A stretch of 62,361 nucleotides of DNA, filler included, from Dugesia japonica (taxonomy: Eukaryota), in NCBI GenBank assembly GCA_001938525.1. It is 5 parts of 5 records of this genome, joined end to end, with 100 filler letters (N's around TTAATTAATTAA, not from the genome) between each part and the next. Parts side by side here need not be neighbours in the genome. Positions count along the whole stretch, not along the records: positions 47,781 to 62,361 come from MQRL01641446.1; 4 more parts are not named here. One strand, given 5' to 3'. The notes under the pieces were generated by a model, which was not told the DNA's origin, searched no databases, and saw nothing but the letters and a program-made list of their open reading frames with translations. Both the position numbers and the translations under genes were made by a program. Below are positions 61,301 through 62,361 of this stretch, piece after piece (the first letter of the stretch is position 1; each line of letters starts with the position of its first letter).

Positions 61301-62361
61301 GTGCTTCTTTAATGCAAACTTATGTAACCGCTTGCCTACTCTATGGGATTCTGTCGGTGAATATAGAACTGACCAGGATTCCTGGAGTATCACACAGAAA
61401 CGAATACGCTCAAAGGAGCACGAGATAAAGCTGCTACAGACAGCCTTACTGCGACAGAGAGAACAACACGCGGATCAGTTGGTTTGCATCGACTAACTAC
61501 AACACAGAGTCGACCAACAGGAACATTGAATTGCAGAACTGACCATTGAATCAGAACAACGAAAGAAGGAGTTAGTGGCACTCATAATTCGCACCACGGA
61601 ACTCTCATGTTCGAGACAGTACCTAATTTATTCGATGCAAGCAGTTCAAAGAAAGACAGACGAATATGCAAAATTGTCCGGGCGCATAACAAAGAAGATT
61701 GAAGCCTCTCTACAACGAATATTATTACCATTAGACGATAAATTTGATATCCATGTGAACGATGTCTAAAATTTTGTTAATAGTAAATATAATTTTTCTC
61801 ATGAAATGTCTTATTTCCAATTATCACTTTTTCAGTAAATCACTAACTGAAAGTGCTAGACATAGATAAAAATGATTTGTAAAGTGAAGCTGGGGTCATT
61901 AACAATAATGAATTTTCTTAATAATTTTAAATTTAATAATATGATTATTTGAAGATAATTAAAGCTATAGAATTTTACTTCTCAATAATTTCAGTGTATG
62001 AGGACAAGAAACTAACTGACACGTCATTGGCAGATATCAGAAAAAAGGGTGCTCAATACAGAAGAAGTTAAAAAATGAGATCACAGAATTGCAACATAAG
62101 AATGCAAAACTCAGAGTTAAAGTTGGCAAATTGAAGGAACGAGATCTGGCGCTATCACAGTCGTGTCTAGCAATGATATTATTGAGGCATAAGAAGATCG
62201 AGAAGGAGTCCTAATGGCAACGGTTTGCACACTTACCCAGGTGTCGAAGCCAGCCAAGGAAACCAGTAAATGGAAGAGATCATTAAAATCTACGAATAAA
62301 TAGTTGTGTTTGGAAAAAAAGCGTTTTTATAAATTGTTACAATTGGAGAGTGTATTAATAA

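Overview
Very AT-rich eukaryotic (invertebrate animal-like) genomic DNA, not a contiguous locus. Four identical artificial 100-bp spacers (44 N + TTAATTAATTAA + 44 N) split it into five unrelated scaffolds: A 1-8547, B 8648-20577, C 20678-34088, D 34189-47680, E 47781-62361. The only recognisable host gene is the 3' end of a phosphatase-and-actin-regulator (PHACTR) homologue: three spliced exons on the minus strand at 274-1273, absent from the ORF track. The rest is mostly decayed mobile DNA: Penelope-like retroelements with minimal hammerhead ribozymes, Gypsy LTR retrotransposon remnants (PBS, PPT and LTR visible), Merlin, MULE, hAT and Tigger/pogo DNA transposons, and several Polinton/Maverick (adintovirus-like) elements. 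Scaffold D holds a largely collinear 9.3-kb Polinton arm: pPolB opposite ATPase, membrane-active precursor, penton, adenain, two fibre-like genes and a TM protein. Scaffold E holds two inverted copies of a different Polinton virion module with apparently two penton genes. Head-to-head with its packaging ATPase lies a compact, intronless TATA-binding-protein-like gene, the most unusual observation here. All calls come from manual translation and motif recognition; no database searches were run.
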